Assembly: GCF_009834535.1 (NCBI RefSeq) | Contig: NC_045697.1 | Coordinates: 46,564,001 to 46,628,000 of the forward strand | Direction of reading: 5' to 3' | DNA length: 64,000 bases | Origin: Camelus ferus | Lineage: Eukaryota | Shown: piece after piece, positions 13,731 through 27,110 of the stretch | Layout of the letters: every line of letters begins with the position of its first letter | Numbering within the stretch: the first letter of the stretch is position 1 | Notes under the pieces: generated by a model | The model's database searches: none | The model's input: only the letters and a program-made list of their open reading frames with translations | What the model was told of the DNA's origin: nothing | Translations under genes and position numbers: made by a program

Positions 13731-16159
13731 TGAGTGCTTTGGATTCTGAGTATACTGGATGTTTACACTTTCCAGAAACAAAATGAGAAAACACTGTTCT
13801 AATCATAAGCAGTTGGAGACACTAAACTTTGCAACTAGTAAAACTTACAGCTGATTAATGCAAGAAGAAAGAAATTTCCATTTGAGAAATAGTTAAATTG
13901 AGTTATGAGACAGGAGTCAGGTGATGTAAGAATATTTGTCCTAAACAGTAAAGAATTCATAATAAGTTTAAAATGATTTGTTATAAGCACAATCTTAAAG
14001 CAGGAATACACAAAATAGCAAACAAATAAGTTCCTTAAGGCTTATTGCCAGAAGTCCAAAACCTGTCTAGACCAGTTTACAAGCCATCCTTTTACAGAAG
14101 ACTCTGGAGTAACTGAAGTACTTAGAGTTGCTAGGGTGGGAAGATTTTGCCTCTTTAGAAGTAGAGATATGGGGCTGAGAGCTTTTTTTTTTTTTTCACC
14201 TTTATGATAAGAGTTTTGCTTGTTATCTTCAGCTTGGCAGAGTGTGGTCACAAAGATGCTTGTATCTTCTTCTAGTCTGCCTCTCCCTGCAGGGTTCTCA
14301 AAGCCTTATATCACAAAGAGGGAAACTGTTGAAACTGTTTCTCTCAATCTTGAGATTTTTTTACATTACTTTTGCTTTGGCAAAATGCATTTATTCAAGC
14401 ACAGTCTTGTCTGCGCTGTAGAAAATGTGATACCATTTTGCACTGAATTTTTAAAATGCAAAAAAAAAAAAAATTGGCCGATTAACAGATATAACTTCTT
14501 GTGATTCTGTTCCAATAATCTTGGAGAATTGTTATACTGTAAACCCAGAAAATTAACATTGCCAGATAAACAGTCTGATTATATCTGGCATGATCAAGGT
14601 TTTGCAGTGAGAAAGTGTGCAGTTTCCTAAGGCCTCTGATAGAAAGCCACTCTGAGACCTTTTCAAAGGTTTTCAGAAGTTATTACTGGAGATTAACTCT
14701 GGCATGAACAAAAAGGTTTGATGTCTTGCTTATAGTTAGCCTGTGGCTCTGAGTTAGCAAGTTCTCTCTTAAATGATCAGTATTTGAGTTCTGGGTGCTA
14801 ATGAGCGAAGGTTAGCCAGAGGGAATGTGGATGAGGGGAGCAGAAGACTAAATCATTCTCCATGGGGGGAAATAAGCATTAAAATCAAACCGCAATAATT
14901 TTTAGAAGTCAAATTATGTTTTAATCAATGCCTCCAGAACAAGCCGAAGAAGTCCCACTGACGTTCCCAGCTGTAAGAGTGGAAGTCTGGTTTCACATTT
15001 GCATGATTTTGAAGGTCAAATGCCTGCTATCCAAGTCTTACTGATCCATATGGACTAGAAATGCCACAATATGCAATCATCATGAAGGCAGATTGTCTCC
15101 TGTAAATCTGTCCTTTCTGTAACACATTCAAAATGTACCGTATTGGCTGGATTATAAATCCTTTCAGGAAATTCATGCACATTTGTAGAAGCAGCTTCAC
15201 ATTGATGGATGATGGCATTGGTGTTCAGAGAACCCTTAAAATAATTCATCATATGTATAAATCTGGTTTTCCATGTGTCTGGATTTCCTGTGATTCCTGT
15301 AACCAGGTATACCTGTCACTGTTAAAATCTATTCCAGGAATGAGTAAAACTGTCTTTGGGCTGCTCTCATGTTTCTGTAGATGTGGTACCTGTAGATTTT
15401 GTACTATTCTGGATCACAACTTTATTTGCTAAGTAAAAATTCACTTAAATGAACCTGTAAAGTTTGAGAACGCATTTATCAAACCATTCTTCTCTATATT
15501 CTCTATATTTCCATTAAATAATCAATGTCTCTGGTATGTTTAAAATAGTACTCATTTTATAATTATTTAAATATACACAGAATTTTTAGAAACACAACCA
15601 ATGTATAAAAGAAAGACAAATGAATTTGATGGTTATTCCAAAGGACTCCATTGTGATGTGAAAATTTAATAATTTTTTCATACGTATTTTTGTGGATCTT
15701 CTATTGTGTACTAAACATCATTGAACTCAACAACTTCCACTGTATTCTAAACAACTTTCTTCACTTTATTTACAAAAAATAAAATATCCTTCCTTCTTTC
15801 TCTGATATTATGTAACTTTAATAGCACTGGTGAAAGTAACATTTTCCAAGCTTGTAAATAGATACATTAGATCCATTCCATGGATACTCAGGAAGTATTT
15901 TCATCAAAAAAAAAAAAGATGATTTCTAATTTCAATTGTTTGAAAATATTACAGAACATCAGAGTTAGAAGGAGTTGCCTTTAAATAAATATTCTTATTT
16001 ACCCAACAGAGGAAATGATGTCCAAATAAAATTAAATGGTGAGTTTGTGACTGCCTTGGAGCTTAGAACTTGAGCTGGTTCTCAAATTAGTGTGCATATG
16101 TTTTCTACCATGTTGTACTGCCTCTTAATCTAATAAAAGAGTAATATTTTATAAAAGAA

Positions 16160-17996
16160 ATAAATTGTATTTTTATACAATAATAAACTATCTGAAAAAG
16201 AAGTAGAGAAAGCAATCCTATTAACAATACATCAAAAGCAATAGTACTTTGGAATAAATTTCACCAAGGAAGTGAAAGATCTATTCACCAAAAACTACAA
16301 GACATTGACAAAAAGAAATTGAGGAAGACACAAATATATGGAAAAAAGCCCGTTCATGAATTCGAAGAGTTAATGTTGTTAAAATGTCACTACTACCCCA
16401 AATCATCTATAGATCCAATGCAATCCCTATCAAAATTCCAGGGGCATTTTTCACAGATACAGAAAAAACAATCCTAAAATCCATCTGGAACCAAAAAAGA
16501 CCCCAAGTAACCAAAGCAATCTTGAAAAAGAACAAAGCTGGAAGCATCACATGTCCTCATTTCAAACTATATTACAAAGCTATAGTAATCAAAACAGCAT
16601 GGTACTGGCATTAAAACAGACGCATAGAGCAATGGAACAGAATTTCGAGCCCAGAAAATAAACCTATACATATTCGATCAACTAATATTTGACCAGGGAG
16701 CCAAGAATAGTCATTAGAAAAAAAACAGTTTCTTCAATAAATCGTGTTGGGAAAACTGGATAGCTACATGCAAAAGAATGAAACTGGATTCCTAACTTAC
16801 ACCACTCACAAAAAAAATCACTCTAAATGAACTAAAGACAAACATTAGCGCTGAAATCTTAAGATTCCTAGGAGAAAATAACATTGGTCTAGGCAATCTT
16901 GATTTTTGTTCTTGATTTTTTTTAATATGACACCAAAAGTACAAGCAACAAAAGCAAAAATCAAGTGGGACTACATCAATCTAAAATGCTTCTGAACAGC
17001 AAAAGAAACTATCAACAGAAATGAAAAAGCAACCTACAGAATTGGACAAAATATTTCCAAATCAGATATTGAATAAGGGGTTAATATTCAATATATATAA
17101 GGAACTCATACAACTCAATAGCAAAACAAACAAACAAAAACAAATAATATAATTTTAAAATGAGCAGGGGGCTTGAATAAACATTTTTCTGAAGATGACA
17201 TACAAATGGCCAACAGGTGTATGAAACAGTGCTCAGCAACACTAATTATCAGGGAAATGAAAATCAAAGCCACAGTAAGCTATTACCTTACACCTGTTAG
17301 AATGGCTACTATCCAAAAAATAAGAGATAACATAAATGCTGGTGAGGATATGGAGAAAAGGGAACCCTAGTGTACTGTTGGTGGGAATGTAAACTGGTGC
17401 AGTTACTATGAAAAATAATATGAAGATTCCTCAAGAAATTAAAAATAGAACTATCATATGATCCAGCAATCCCACTTGTAGGTCTACATTTGAAGGAGAT
17501 GAAATCACAATCTCAAAGAGATATCTGCACTCCCATGTTCACTGCAGCACTATTCGTAACAGCCAAGACACGAGAACAACTTGAGTACCTGCTGACAGAT
17601 GAATGCACAAAGAAAATGTGGCATGTATAGTATACCCTGTGGAATATTATTCAGACAAGAGAAAGAAAGAAATCCTGCCACTTGCAACAACATCAACAAA
17701 CCCCGAGGGCATTATTCTAAGTAAAATAAGTCAGACAGAGAAAGACAAATACTGTATGATCTCACTTACCTGTGGAATCTAAAACCACTGAACTCATAGA
17801 AGCAGACAGAAGAATGATGGTTGCCAGGGGCTGATGGGTAGGAGAAATGGGGAGATATTGGTTAAAGAGTACAAACTTTGAGTTATAACATGCATAAGTA
17901 CCAGGGATCTAACGTACAGCATGCTGACAATTGTTAACAATACTATACTGTATACTTGAACGTTTCTAAGAGAGTAGAGATTTAATGTTCTCACCT

Positions 17997-18066
<70 letters not shown>

Positions 18067-18220
18067 AAACAGTAACATTATGGAAGGTGAAGGATGTGTT
18101 AACTAACCTTATTGTAGCAAAGTATCTCTAAATATACATGTGTATCAAATCATCACGCCTTACACCCTAAGCTTACACAATGTTGTATGTCAATTATATC
18201 TCAATAAAGCTGGAAAAAGA
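16160..18220 (+). mobile_element. 5'-truncated L1 (L1MA9-like): decayed ORF2 C-terminus plus 3' UTR
   Basis: ORFs 16384-16614 ([16 protein letters not shown]...[16 protein letters not shown]) and 17173-17370 (IIREMKIKATVSYYLTPVRMA) are L1 ORF2 fragments broken by stops and frameshifts. Ends 'caattatatctcaataaagctggaaaaa'. Possible imperfect TSD aaaagaaa(g)taaat at about 16153 and 18215. Confidence 0.95.
17999..18064 (+). repeat. (CAG)22 pure trinucleotide repeat
   Basis: 66 nt of uninterrupted CAG read directly. Confidence 0.97.
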
Positions 18221-18534
18221 AAGTAAATGAGAAGCTGAATAGATATTTCACAAGTTGGTTTTTGTTTGTTTGTTTTTCCAACTGATGTCTTGTTTTGCAC
18301 TCTAATTGGTTTACTTATGGCACTTTCCAGAAAGTAAGATATCATTCATTCATTTATTCAATCATTGCACAAACATTTCCTAAGAACTGGTTATATGACA
18401 GGCACTCTAGTGGGTGACACATGAGAATTTACAATCTAGTAACATAACCCAGGGTACAGCAGCACAGGAACAGATGAACAAAAGGCTTCCTAATATAATC
18501 CTTGCATTTGTTTCTCCAAGTACCTTAAAATAAG

Positions 18535-18757
18535 ATGTAAACTCTGGACCACACGACCTGATCTTGATCAGCTGTCTGCCCTTAGGAAAATTACTAAATC
18601 TCTCTGTCTCAGTTTCCTAATATGTAAGATTATAATCTTTATAGATTTGTGTGATGATTAATTAACTGGATTAATAAATTGACATAATGTGAAGATCTTA
18701 AAATCAAGCCTAACACACAAGAAGTGTTCAATAAACATTAGATAGAACTATTATTAT
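18535..18757 (+). mobile_element. MIR SINE
   Basis: 'ccttaggaaaattactaaatctctctgtctcagtttcctaatatgtaa...gtgttcaataaacattag'. Confidence 0.75.
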
Positions 18758-19829
18758 GATGATGATTACTTTTATTACCATCAGTAACAAAAATCCCCTC
18801 TAAAGATCTATCTAGCCTCCAGGATAACTACGCTCTAAACTCCCTATCAAATTCTTTCAATCCTTTCCAATTCCCCTACCTCCCCTTTAATTCCCATGGA
18901 GCTTCTCAATTTAAGATTCATTTTAATGGCTATTTCTGCAAACAGAACATTTAGCAGTTTAGTGATGCAATCAGGGCAGTCTGAGATGTCGTGCTCTAAC
19001 TAGTTACACTGCACAAAGCCTAACAGTTTGCTTTCTGTTTTTAAAGAAGCGTTTCGTTTAGCCATCCTTGTGGCAGCACATGTAATTGAAAAGAGGCATA
19101 TGGAGACCAGCATGCAAGCCTAACAAACACTTCAGAGTGCCTTAAAAACTATGCTAATCAGTTTGGGAAACCATGTTTTAATCTTGGGAAAAAAAAAATA
19201 GAAACCTCAAAACTCTTCAAACCTAAGGTGACTTTTAAGGAGATGTAATCATTGTTGGTATCATCTAACACTGGTTTATTTCCCTCTGCCCTGGCAAACA
19301 CTGGACATCGAATGGAATCATACGAAAAGAAAGAAATGAGAACACGTGTGACCTGCAGAAATGAACCCGGGATGGAGGTAAAGCAGGACACTGGCCCCAT
19401 GGTCAGAGTCAGCATGCAGACTGCCTCTCCTGCAGGACAGGGAGAAGCAACACAGGTTCACCACTTTCCTCCCCCCGCAGGAAGGCACTGAGCATTACCT
19501 GAAAACAAGAAGGCATCAGATGAACAGACCTTTATAACAGAATGTACATCTGCCAAGACAAAAATACACGACAAGCTTCTGGTGCTGGCACGCTGACAGT
19601 ATGAGCAAGCTGTCTTAGCAGTGATTTTGCAAATCATTTGAGTTTAAATTCTATATGGGCCGTAGGGCCCCTGGAGCATCACTTTCTATATTTGGCCTCC
19701 TCATTTAGCTGTGTTTGGAATAAATAGGCTACGGGCAAAAATCATGCCCTTTAAGAGTTCTGCATACACAGACTAGTCCTGCATATATATTAATATGTGA
19801 ACGGAGTGACTGATGCTAGTCTATGCGTG

Positions 19830-19849
19830 CACACACACACACACACACA
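19830..19849 (+). repeat. (CA)10 microsatellite
   Basis: Read directly. Confidence 0.9.
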
Positions 19850-20279
19850 AGCTTTCTAAATGTATTTTTAAGTTGTTTTCCTGTGTGACTTTTTCTCTCT
19901 CTTTTTTTAAGTTCAGCTCTCTGGCATTTAGTAACCCACAAGCTGCTGTTTCTTTTTCTAAATAAGTTCAGCTTGATGGAGGGGCCAAGAAAAATGAGCC
20001 CAACTGATGACTGCAATCTCGAAAGAAAATATGCTTTTTATCAGAGACCACATGTTGCCAATGCCAATTAAAGTAAAACTGGGAGATTTTCTCAAATACC
20101 AACCTGGAGAGAAGGAATGATGAGCCAAGTATAAGAAAAGAAAAAAAGTAAGCTTCAGGTGGAATTGCCAGGATGTCCATTGAGAGGAAATGTAAAAATT
20201 TAAGGTGGAAAGTGTAACATGCATTGTAGATTGAGCAGTTTGTTAACCATCTAGATAAGAATTTGTACAAAGGCAATGC

Positions 20280-20470
20280 CATGGACTTTGATTTAAGCTG
20301 ACCTCAGTGAAATCCTGGCTCTGCCACTGACGGCCGGAATCACCTTAACATAACCTAAGCCTTAGTCTCCTCATCTATAAATTGGGGATCACAGAATCCT
20401 GGTTGGATTTTAAAAAGTGATACTGTGGATTAAAGCAACAGTTTCATAATATTTGCTTGATAAGTGTTCA
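20280..20470 (+). mobile_element. MIR SINE
   Basis: 'gaaatcctggctctgccactgac...gccttagtctcctcatctataaattggggat'. Confidence 0.7.
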
Positions 20471-22679
20471 ACGAGAGACAGAAATTAATTGATTCATTTG
20501 CAGATAAATGCTTTAGTAAGGAGATTGTGTTACTTTTCTAAAGCTGTTATAGGCAACCATTTAGACCCATTCATCTTGCAAACATATTAAGTATTACGTG
20601 CATTACTTGAGTGTCTTCAGAAGTTGACAAGAAGCCCTGTAATGATGTGACATGTTCTTATCATTTTATTTCTGACATCAATTAATAATATACCTGTGAG
20701 GTCAGCTAATCACACTTCATTAAAAAAGGATCACTTTTTCTAGTAGCTTGGGAGGTGCAAGAGGTCAAGGTTAAAAGGTTCACTTTGGGGTTTCTCTGAC
20801 TTAGTTTCCATCATCCCTAAAATGTTTATGCCACTTTAAAAGATTATGGTAAAGGTCAAATGAGAGGAACCATGCAAAGTTGCCAGTACCCAGAGTATAG
20901 TAAAGGTTAGTTCCTTTCTCCTTTTCCTCCTGGTGAGCTGAGTATCTTTCATATTCTTAAGAACTAGTAGGAATTTGTTAAATAAATGGGCTGAATCTTC
21001 AATCCTGAGAAAATGGGTACAAAATTCTCAGGGCTAAAATTCTCAGATGTAGACCTTGAAATATTTTTGTGCTTTCCAAAATGTTGAACTTAAGAGATTT
21101 TTTTAGAGCTTGGTGAAAATAATTATTTAAAAAAGTTATACCATGTAGGATGTAGTAATTATGATCTGAAAACTAGGTAATGAATATACATTTTTCATAA
21201 TAAACATGTTCTTTCTGTAGACCTGCCCCTTCTCAATTTTACACCTTTTCACAGTTTATAATGAATAGAAGATATTTGAACTTTACTCACCATTATTTAA
21301 ATACTGTATTCCACCAGTCTGAAAGTTCTAGAATTTTTTTCTAGAAAGATACATTGTGCATATCTGTGTGAAGTAAGAGACCAACAAACTTCTACTTAAA
21401 TAAAAATTTCCTTATTCTCCATAGTTACATTCTTTAAAGCAATTAAGGAGTTTGGAGTTTCACGAAGCAGATAGTCAGGTAAATGCATTGTCTTGACAAA
21501 GCCTGAGGCAGTGCTAAGGTCAGCGAAAGGAATGGGTTTGTCTTAATGTGTCATTTCAACTCATACTCGGACACAATCACAATAATCATGTGCATTTTGT
21601 CGACTTTCCTGGGTATTCTGTTCTCCCACCTCTGAGAGTGAATGCAGAGCTACAAGCTTGAAAAACGAAATACAGTAGAGCTGGGCTACCACTTTTGCTG
21701 AAAAGAACATCAGTTGCTTGGCTGAGAAATTCCATATTTTCCTACTCCATAGATACTTCGTGGCATTTTGTTCCTCTTCCCACATAGCTGCAGCTTTCTG
21801 AGATTACATGATGGCGTTCTCAGGCAAACTATATAAATTTCATTCATACCACTCATCAGAATTAGTCCTAAAAAGAAATAGTAATTTTATTCCTATAAAT
21901 ATGGACTCAAGTTCAGTCCACATAAAGACGAGATACTAATACCCGCTTTTCAAGCAATCTGGACATTGTGTTATCAGCTACCAAAGGGTTTATCTGAACA
22001 GAACGTAATTTGTTTTCACAAGGTACATATACATGTAGATCTATCAGCCATTAATATTTATCTTTACTGTTATCCTATGTTGGTGGACTTTGCTAAAAAT
22101 AATGAAAGTATATTGTTAACATATTTGTTTATCATAGAAACACAAAAAGCAATGTAAATATTCAATAAGGTTAAAATAATTATGAAACAGGATGTAATAT
22201 TTTGTAAATATTCATGTGATTAATTTTTAAAAATTTGACATAGGCACTCGTAAAACAAAAATTCTTTGGCTGCACCTTGTATCTATTAACAGTTTTAAGA
22301 GAAAGAACTAGATAATCCACATTTTTAAGAAATAAATCAAGTAACTTTGGAGAACGTTATACTAGAATGTAACCTTAATGTGAAAGCAAGGACTGTTATT
22401 GTTTTGCTTGTTACTATGATGCTTTATATATCATAGGCATTCAATTAACTTATGCTGAATGAGTGAATTTATTACCATCCTCTATGGAAAAATATGTTAT
22501 TTTAAATAATGATTGTAGAAACTATATAAAACACCAAAAGGTGCTCTTGATATAATATTTAATGAAAATAGAGAATTAAAAATTGCACTCATTCTAAGGC
22601 TACAGGTATTTACAAAGGTATTTGAAATGAAAAAATTACACCTTAGGCATTATCTATATAAGAAAAAAATGATACATAG

Positions 22680-23672
22680 AATTCCATCAGAAAAATTAAA
22701 ATTTTTGCTTTGCACAAGACACTATCAAGGGCATGAAAAGATAGGAAAGAAAAAGTATTTCCAAGTCACATATAACAAAGGACTATATCACAAATATGAA
22801 AAGAACTCAAAACTCAGCGTAGAAAGAAAACAAACATAATTTAAAATAGGCAAAAGATTTGAATAAATATTTGACCAAAGAGGATACCTGGATGGCAATA
22901 CACATAAGAAAAAATGTTTAACAGCATTAGTCTTTAAGGAAGTGTAAATTAAAACCTGTATGAATTACAACTACAAATATATTAGAATAGCTTAAAAAAT
23001 TGACAATATCAAGCGCTGATGAGGATTCAAGTTAGAATTCTCATGCATTTCTAGTGGAGATGCAAAATGTTAATGTTCCTTTAAAAACAGTTTTGCAGTT
23101 TCTTATAAATTTAAACATACATCTACCACATGGCCCAACAATCCTACTTATAGGAATGAAAACTTATAGTCACACACAAAAAATAACATACATGCATGTT
23201 TCTAGCAACTTTATTTATAATCTTTAAAAATGGGAAACAATGCAAATGTACTTAAACTGGTGACTGGTAAATTGTGGAACAGCCATACAACGGAATACTC
23301 AAGAGATACAAAAAAAAAAAAAAGAATTACTGCTCCATGCAACCACACGGATGAATCTCAAATGCATTATGCTAGGTGAAGGAAGCTAAGCATATTTTGC
23401 TACAACCTGTATAACTCTATTTATATGACCTTCTGGAAAAGGAAAAACTATAGGACTGGATCAGTAGTTTCTAGGCATAAGAGTAAGAGGAGGGTCTTTT
23501 GACTCCAAAAAGGAAGCAAAAAGATATTTTATTTTTAGGGTGATGGAACTGTTCTGTATCCTGATTGTGGTGATGATTATGTGGCCCTGTGCATTCATCC
23601 AAATTCAGAGCTTTACCGAAAAAGACAGTGAACTTTATTGTATGTACACTAAAAAAAAAAAAAAAAAAAAAG
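22680..23672 (+). mobile_element. Old L1 (L1MC/L1MD-type) 3' portion with poly(A) tail
   Basis: 'aaaataggcaaaagatttgaataaatatttgaccaaagaggata', 'ggatgaatctcaaatgcattatgctaggtgaa' and 'gggtgatggaactgttctgtatcctgattgtggtg'. A-tail at about 23651-23671. Confidence 0.85.
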
Positions 23673-24049
23673 AAATTTGAAGAAATGGAAAGATCCCAAA
23701 ATAAATGACAGTAGTCATTGTGATATGGTGGTGAATTTCTTTTTTTTCCCCTTCACTTTCCAAATTTTTCTGTGATGTGGTTGAAATATTTCTTTAAATA
23801 ATGATTAAATTATTTCTATTTATAAAGTAAAAGATTGTATAATATGATGCTTGCTTAGCAGAGTCATGTGTCATTTGGTCTTCCTCATAAATTAACAATG
23901 CATTTGCTTTTGCAGAATTAAGAGTTATTTGTTACTGGTTGCAAACCAACTGATTGAAAAAAAAAAAGTCAACCAATAATATATTTTCTCTATATGACAC
24001 CCATCTGTTTAATTGCTATATTTAATAAAAGTCTAACCTTTCTATATAT

Positions 24050-24460
24050 GCTCCTTCTCTGACTCAAGCTTTTTGCCTCCCCCTCTTGTTTGCTCCTCCC
24101 ACATCCACATGCGTACACATACATATAGTAAACACCGCCACACTCACTGAACACACTTCCAACCTGCAAAGTCCCTACACGTTGTTCCAAATAAAGCTTT
24201 GAAGTTATCCTTCTTGGAATCTCTCTTTGATTCCTCTGCCCAACCTTCCCTCCGACAATTTGCCCCAAAGGCCCCTTCTCTCCCTGCATGGCAGAGTTCA
24301 CACTGAATTTGCCACATTGGAGTCAAACACTCTTTTCAGGTGACTTTACTCACCACCAACTAGATTATAAGATTCTTATAGTAGTTTGTCTAATATATTT
24401 TATACCCCCAATAATTAGACAAAAGCCTGGAATATGGTAGTTACTTAATACATTTTTAAT
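24050..24460 (+). mobile_element. L2 3' fragment
   Basis: Pyrimidine-rich body ending 'actagattataagattct...gcctggaatatggtagttacttaatacattttt'. Confidence 0.55.
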
Positions 24461-24499
24461 GTCCCAGCCTGAACTGAATAAACCTATTGTTTTGTATTT

Positions 24500-25900
24500 A
24501 TGAGTTAACTTTAGTTGTATAAACATATTTTAGTTGTATAGCCAAACTCCTAGGGGTAGAATAACAATGTTGGCTTTCTTGATTTAATTTACTAATAGTA
24601 TTTTTGAAAGTACTGAAGGTGAGAAGTATGAAGAAAGGGAAGGTGATTCCAAAGATATAAATTCCGCGATACAAAGATTCTTTACTACAGCAATTGAGGT
24701 CAATCCTATTCAAAAAGGCAAGAAAAAAAATCTAATGCTTTACCAAAACCTGCCCCACAGCAGACAAAGAGAAGCTCAAATTACTAGAATTATCAGTGTC
24801 TGAAATATCAAAAAGACAAAATTATTATATGTAAATTGAAAAAAAAAAAAAAAGGCCAAGTTCTGTCTTTGAGTCTTGCTATTCCATGCCACCAGTTGTC
24901 AACAAGGATGACTTGCAAGCCTGTTAGCAGCACATACTTTCAAAGACAGGTGGCTAAGGAACCGTAGCATGAACAAGCGCTACGCCCGGCTCGTCTTATT
25001 GAAACATCCACTCAGTGTGACACTTGCATTTGACCCATAAGCAAAGAGTTTCACCTGATACAGGGTGACCCCATTAAAAATAAGTACCTGTCTCTTCCAT
25101 CCCCAGCTTTCTTGGGTTAGCAACACGGCATCCATTAAAGGTATTACCGGCGGACTCAATCACTTGTCTAAAGGGCATAATGAATTGAACAGTGCTGTGG
25201 GCGTAGAGGTAGCATCTCCACGGTTAACAAGAGACCCATCAGGCTCAGTTCAAAAGAGTAGAAGTGACAAAGCCAGTCCCTATTGACCATCAACTACCTC
25301 TAACAAAACTAGCAACCATGCTTCTCAGAGAGACACCCTGTGTCCAGCTGGGTTTTCAGCCTCAGCCCCAGTGCATGGCTCCCCAGCCCACTGCCCTTGG
25401 GTCTCATGTCCATCAGAATTTCTGCAGATATAATGAACGTCCAAGCCTAAGTGGTTCATATCCTTTTGATTAAAGAAATCCAAACATGTTTTTTTGTCAC
25501 TGTCTCTTTGTGCAAGAAATACTCCTGTGTTTTCTCTTTTTTTCAATATACAAATTGGATTAAACAGCATGCTTTGCAAACAACAGATAGGAATGCTAAT
25601 TAAAGGACAGACTTTGCAGCCACATAAAAAGCAGCTCTGCACAAAAGTCTTCACATTCCATCTGAAATATGGTGTTAAGAGACTTGGTCAGACAGAGCTT
25701 GTGTGAACTCTGTTCACTAAAGATAGAACACCAGCAAACAGTCTTAGCAAAGAAAGATAAAGTCACAAATTTAAGCAATGATCTCCTTAACATTTCTATT
25801 ATGATTGGTAATACTCGATTGCTATGGGTGAAAGCTAACATCTTGAATACAGATGCCAGCAAAAAAAGTGTTAGAGAAGTCTGGGTTTGTTCTGAGAAAA
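24500..25900 (-). mobile_element. Putative ancient RTE-clade LINE relic (RT domain and C-terminal region)
   Basis: Minus-strand peptide blocks resemble RTE ORF motifs in the expected order: LFLLASVFKMLA..NRVLP, LTKSLNTI, GLDVHYICRNSDG, IFNGVTLYQVKLFAYGS, SKESLYRG..ISKLNQ..C. By-eye alignment only. Confidence 0.45.
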
Positions 25901-26087
25901 GGCAAAAATACAATGTTGAAATGTGATCCGACTGCTGAAATTTTAATATACTTTTTATCGCTGCTCACTGCTCAGAGAAACAAAAGGCTTAATCAAGAGA
26001 GTATCTTAATGTTAAAAACACAACACAATGGAAGCACAGATACAGCATAATCCATACTTCAACTATTTTTCTCTCTAACTTGAGCAT

Positions 26088-27110
26088 CATTTATTCATTC
26101 AACAAGCTTTCATTGTGTGTAGCAAGCCCTGTGCTTTGGATTAAGGATACAAAGGTGAGAAAATCATGGTCTCTAATCCCAAAACATGATACTCTAGGGA
26201 GGATGAATGATGCTTGAACAGATGGTTACAGAGCAAGGTAATAAAGACAACAACAGTTAAAGGCACAGGATATGCTGAGTATCTTCCTTAGTCTGAGGAA
26301 TGTGTGTTGGTGTGGCTGCAGGGGAGAAAAGGGGACTAACCAGAGAAAAATTCCTGGTAGGGACAAAGAAGAGGTAAAGTATATTTCAGATGAACAGGGC
26401 ATGAAACTGGGGCAGCGTGTCAGTGCTGTAAGTAATTTATCATTACTTGAATGTACAGAATTAAAAGGTGTTGCAGGAGCTGGTGCTGAGATGGTAGGCA
26501 GAGGTCAGCTCAGGAAGTCCCTGGCACACGATGCTAAAAAACATACTCTGTCCTCTAGGTCAGGAACTTGGCAGAGACACCAGTGGAGAGCTGGTGTGTG
26601 CAGTATGAGGAATAGACCCCAGTAAGCCTGTCATGCTCTTCTGGTTCAGAACTATACATTCATTCCTTCAACATATAATTGTTGGTGCTCACTTTGTGTC
26701 AGGTAATGTTCTGGGCACTGGGGATGCAACATTGAACAAGACAGTTAAGTTCTTCCTTCTTGTAGACCAATTTATGGTGGACTATTTGAGAATTTTAAGT
26801 AAGATTTTAAAACTTTCTGTTATGTGGAGGATGGATTTGATGGGGGCAAGATTAGATGCAAGGAAGTAAGTTAGGGCATTCTTGAAGTAATCTGAGAGAC
26901 TCCAGAGGGAGTCAAAAGATAGAAAGTGGTAGTTAAGTATAGACAGGGAATAATTCTACGAATATTTAGAAAGCACAATCGACAGAACATGATTACTGGA
27001 AATAACTTAGGGTAGAGTTGGGGGAAGAGAGGGAAGGAAAAAGTGAAGAATGAATCCTAAATTTCTAGTTTAGATTATTGGGTAGATTGTGGCCCCATCA
27101 ATCAAGGTAA
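26088..27110 (-). mobile_element. L2 fragments (at least two 3' ends, at about 26088 and 26655)
   Basis: 'catttattcattcaacaagc', 'cattcattccttcaacatataattgttggtgctcactttgtgtcagg...ctgggcactggggatgcaac' and 'gtggaggatggatttgatggggg'. Confidence 0.75.

Noticed and set aside
14220..14504. ORF with a superficial RTE-like stretch (FSKPYITKRETVETV)
   Set aside because: A single short block found while testing controls. It illustrates overfitting risk and has no ordered neighbouring motifs that I trust.
16384..17370. ORFs with clear protein similarity
   Set aside because: They are broken L1 ORF2 fragments inside a truncated L1, not a host gene.
17999..18064. CAG repeat as a polyglutamine exon
   Set aside because: It lies in an L1 3' UTR with no supporting ORF or splice sites.
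21321..21346. Heat-shock element GAAagTTCtaGAA plus a second TTCtaGAA
   Set aside because: About one such match is expected by chance in 64 kb of AT-rich DNA, and there is no promoter context.
21561..21785. Minus ORF beginning MWEEEQ, vaguely LINE-like
   Set aside because: Similarity is too sparse and no convincing splice sites flank it.
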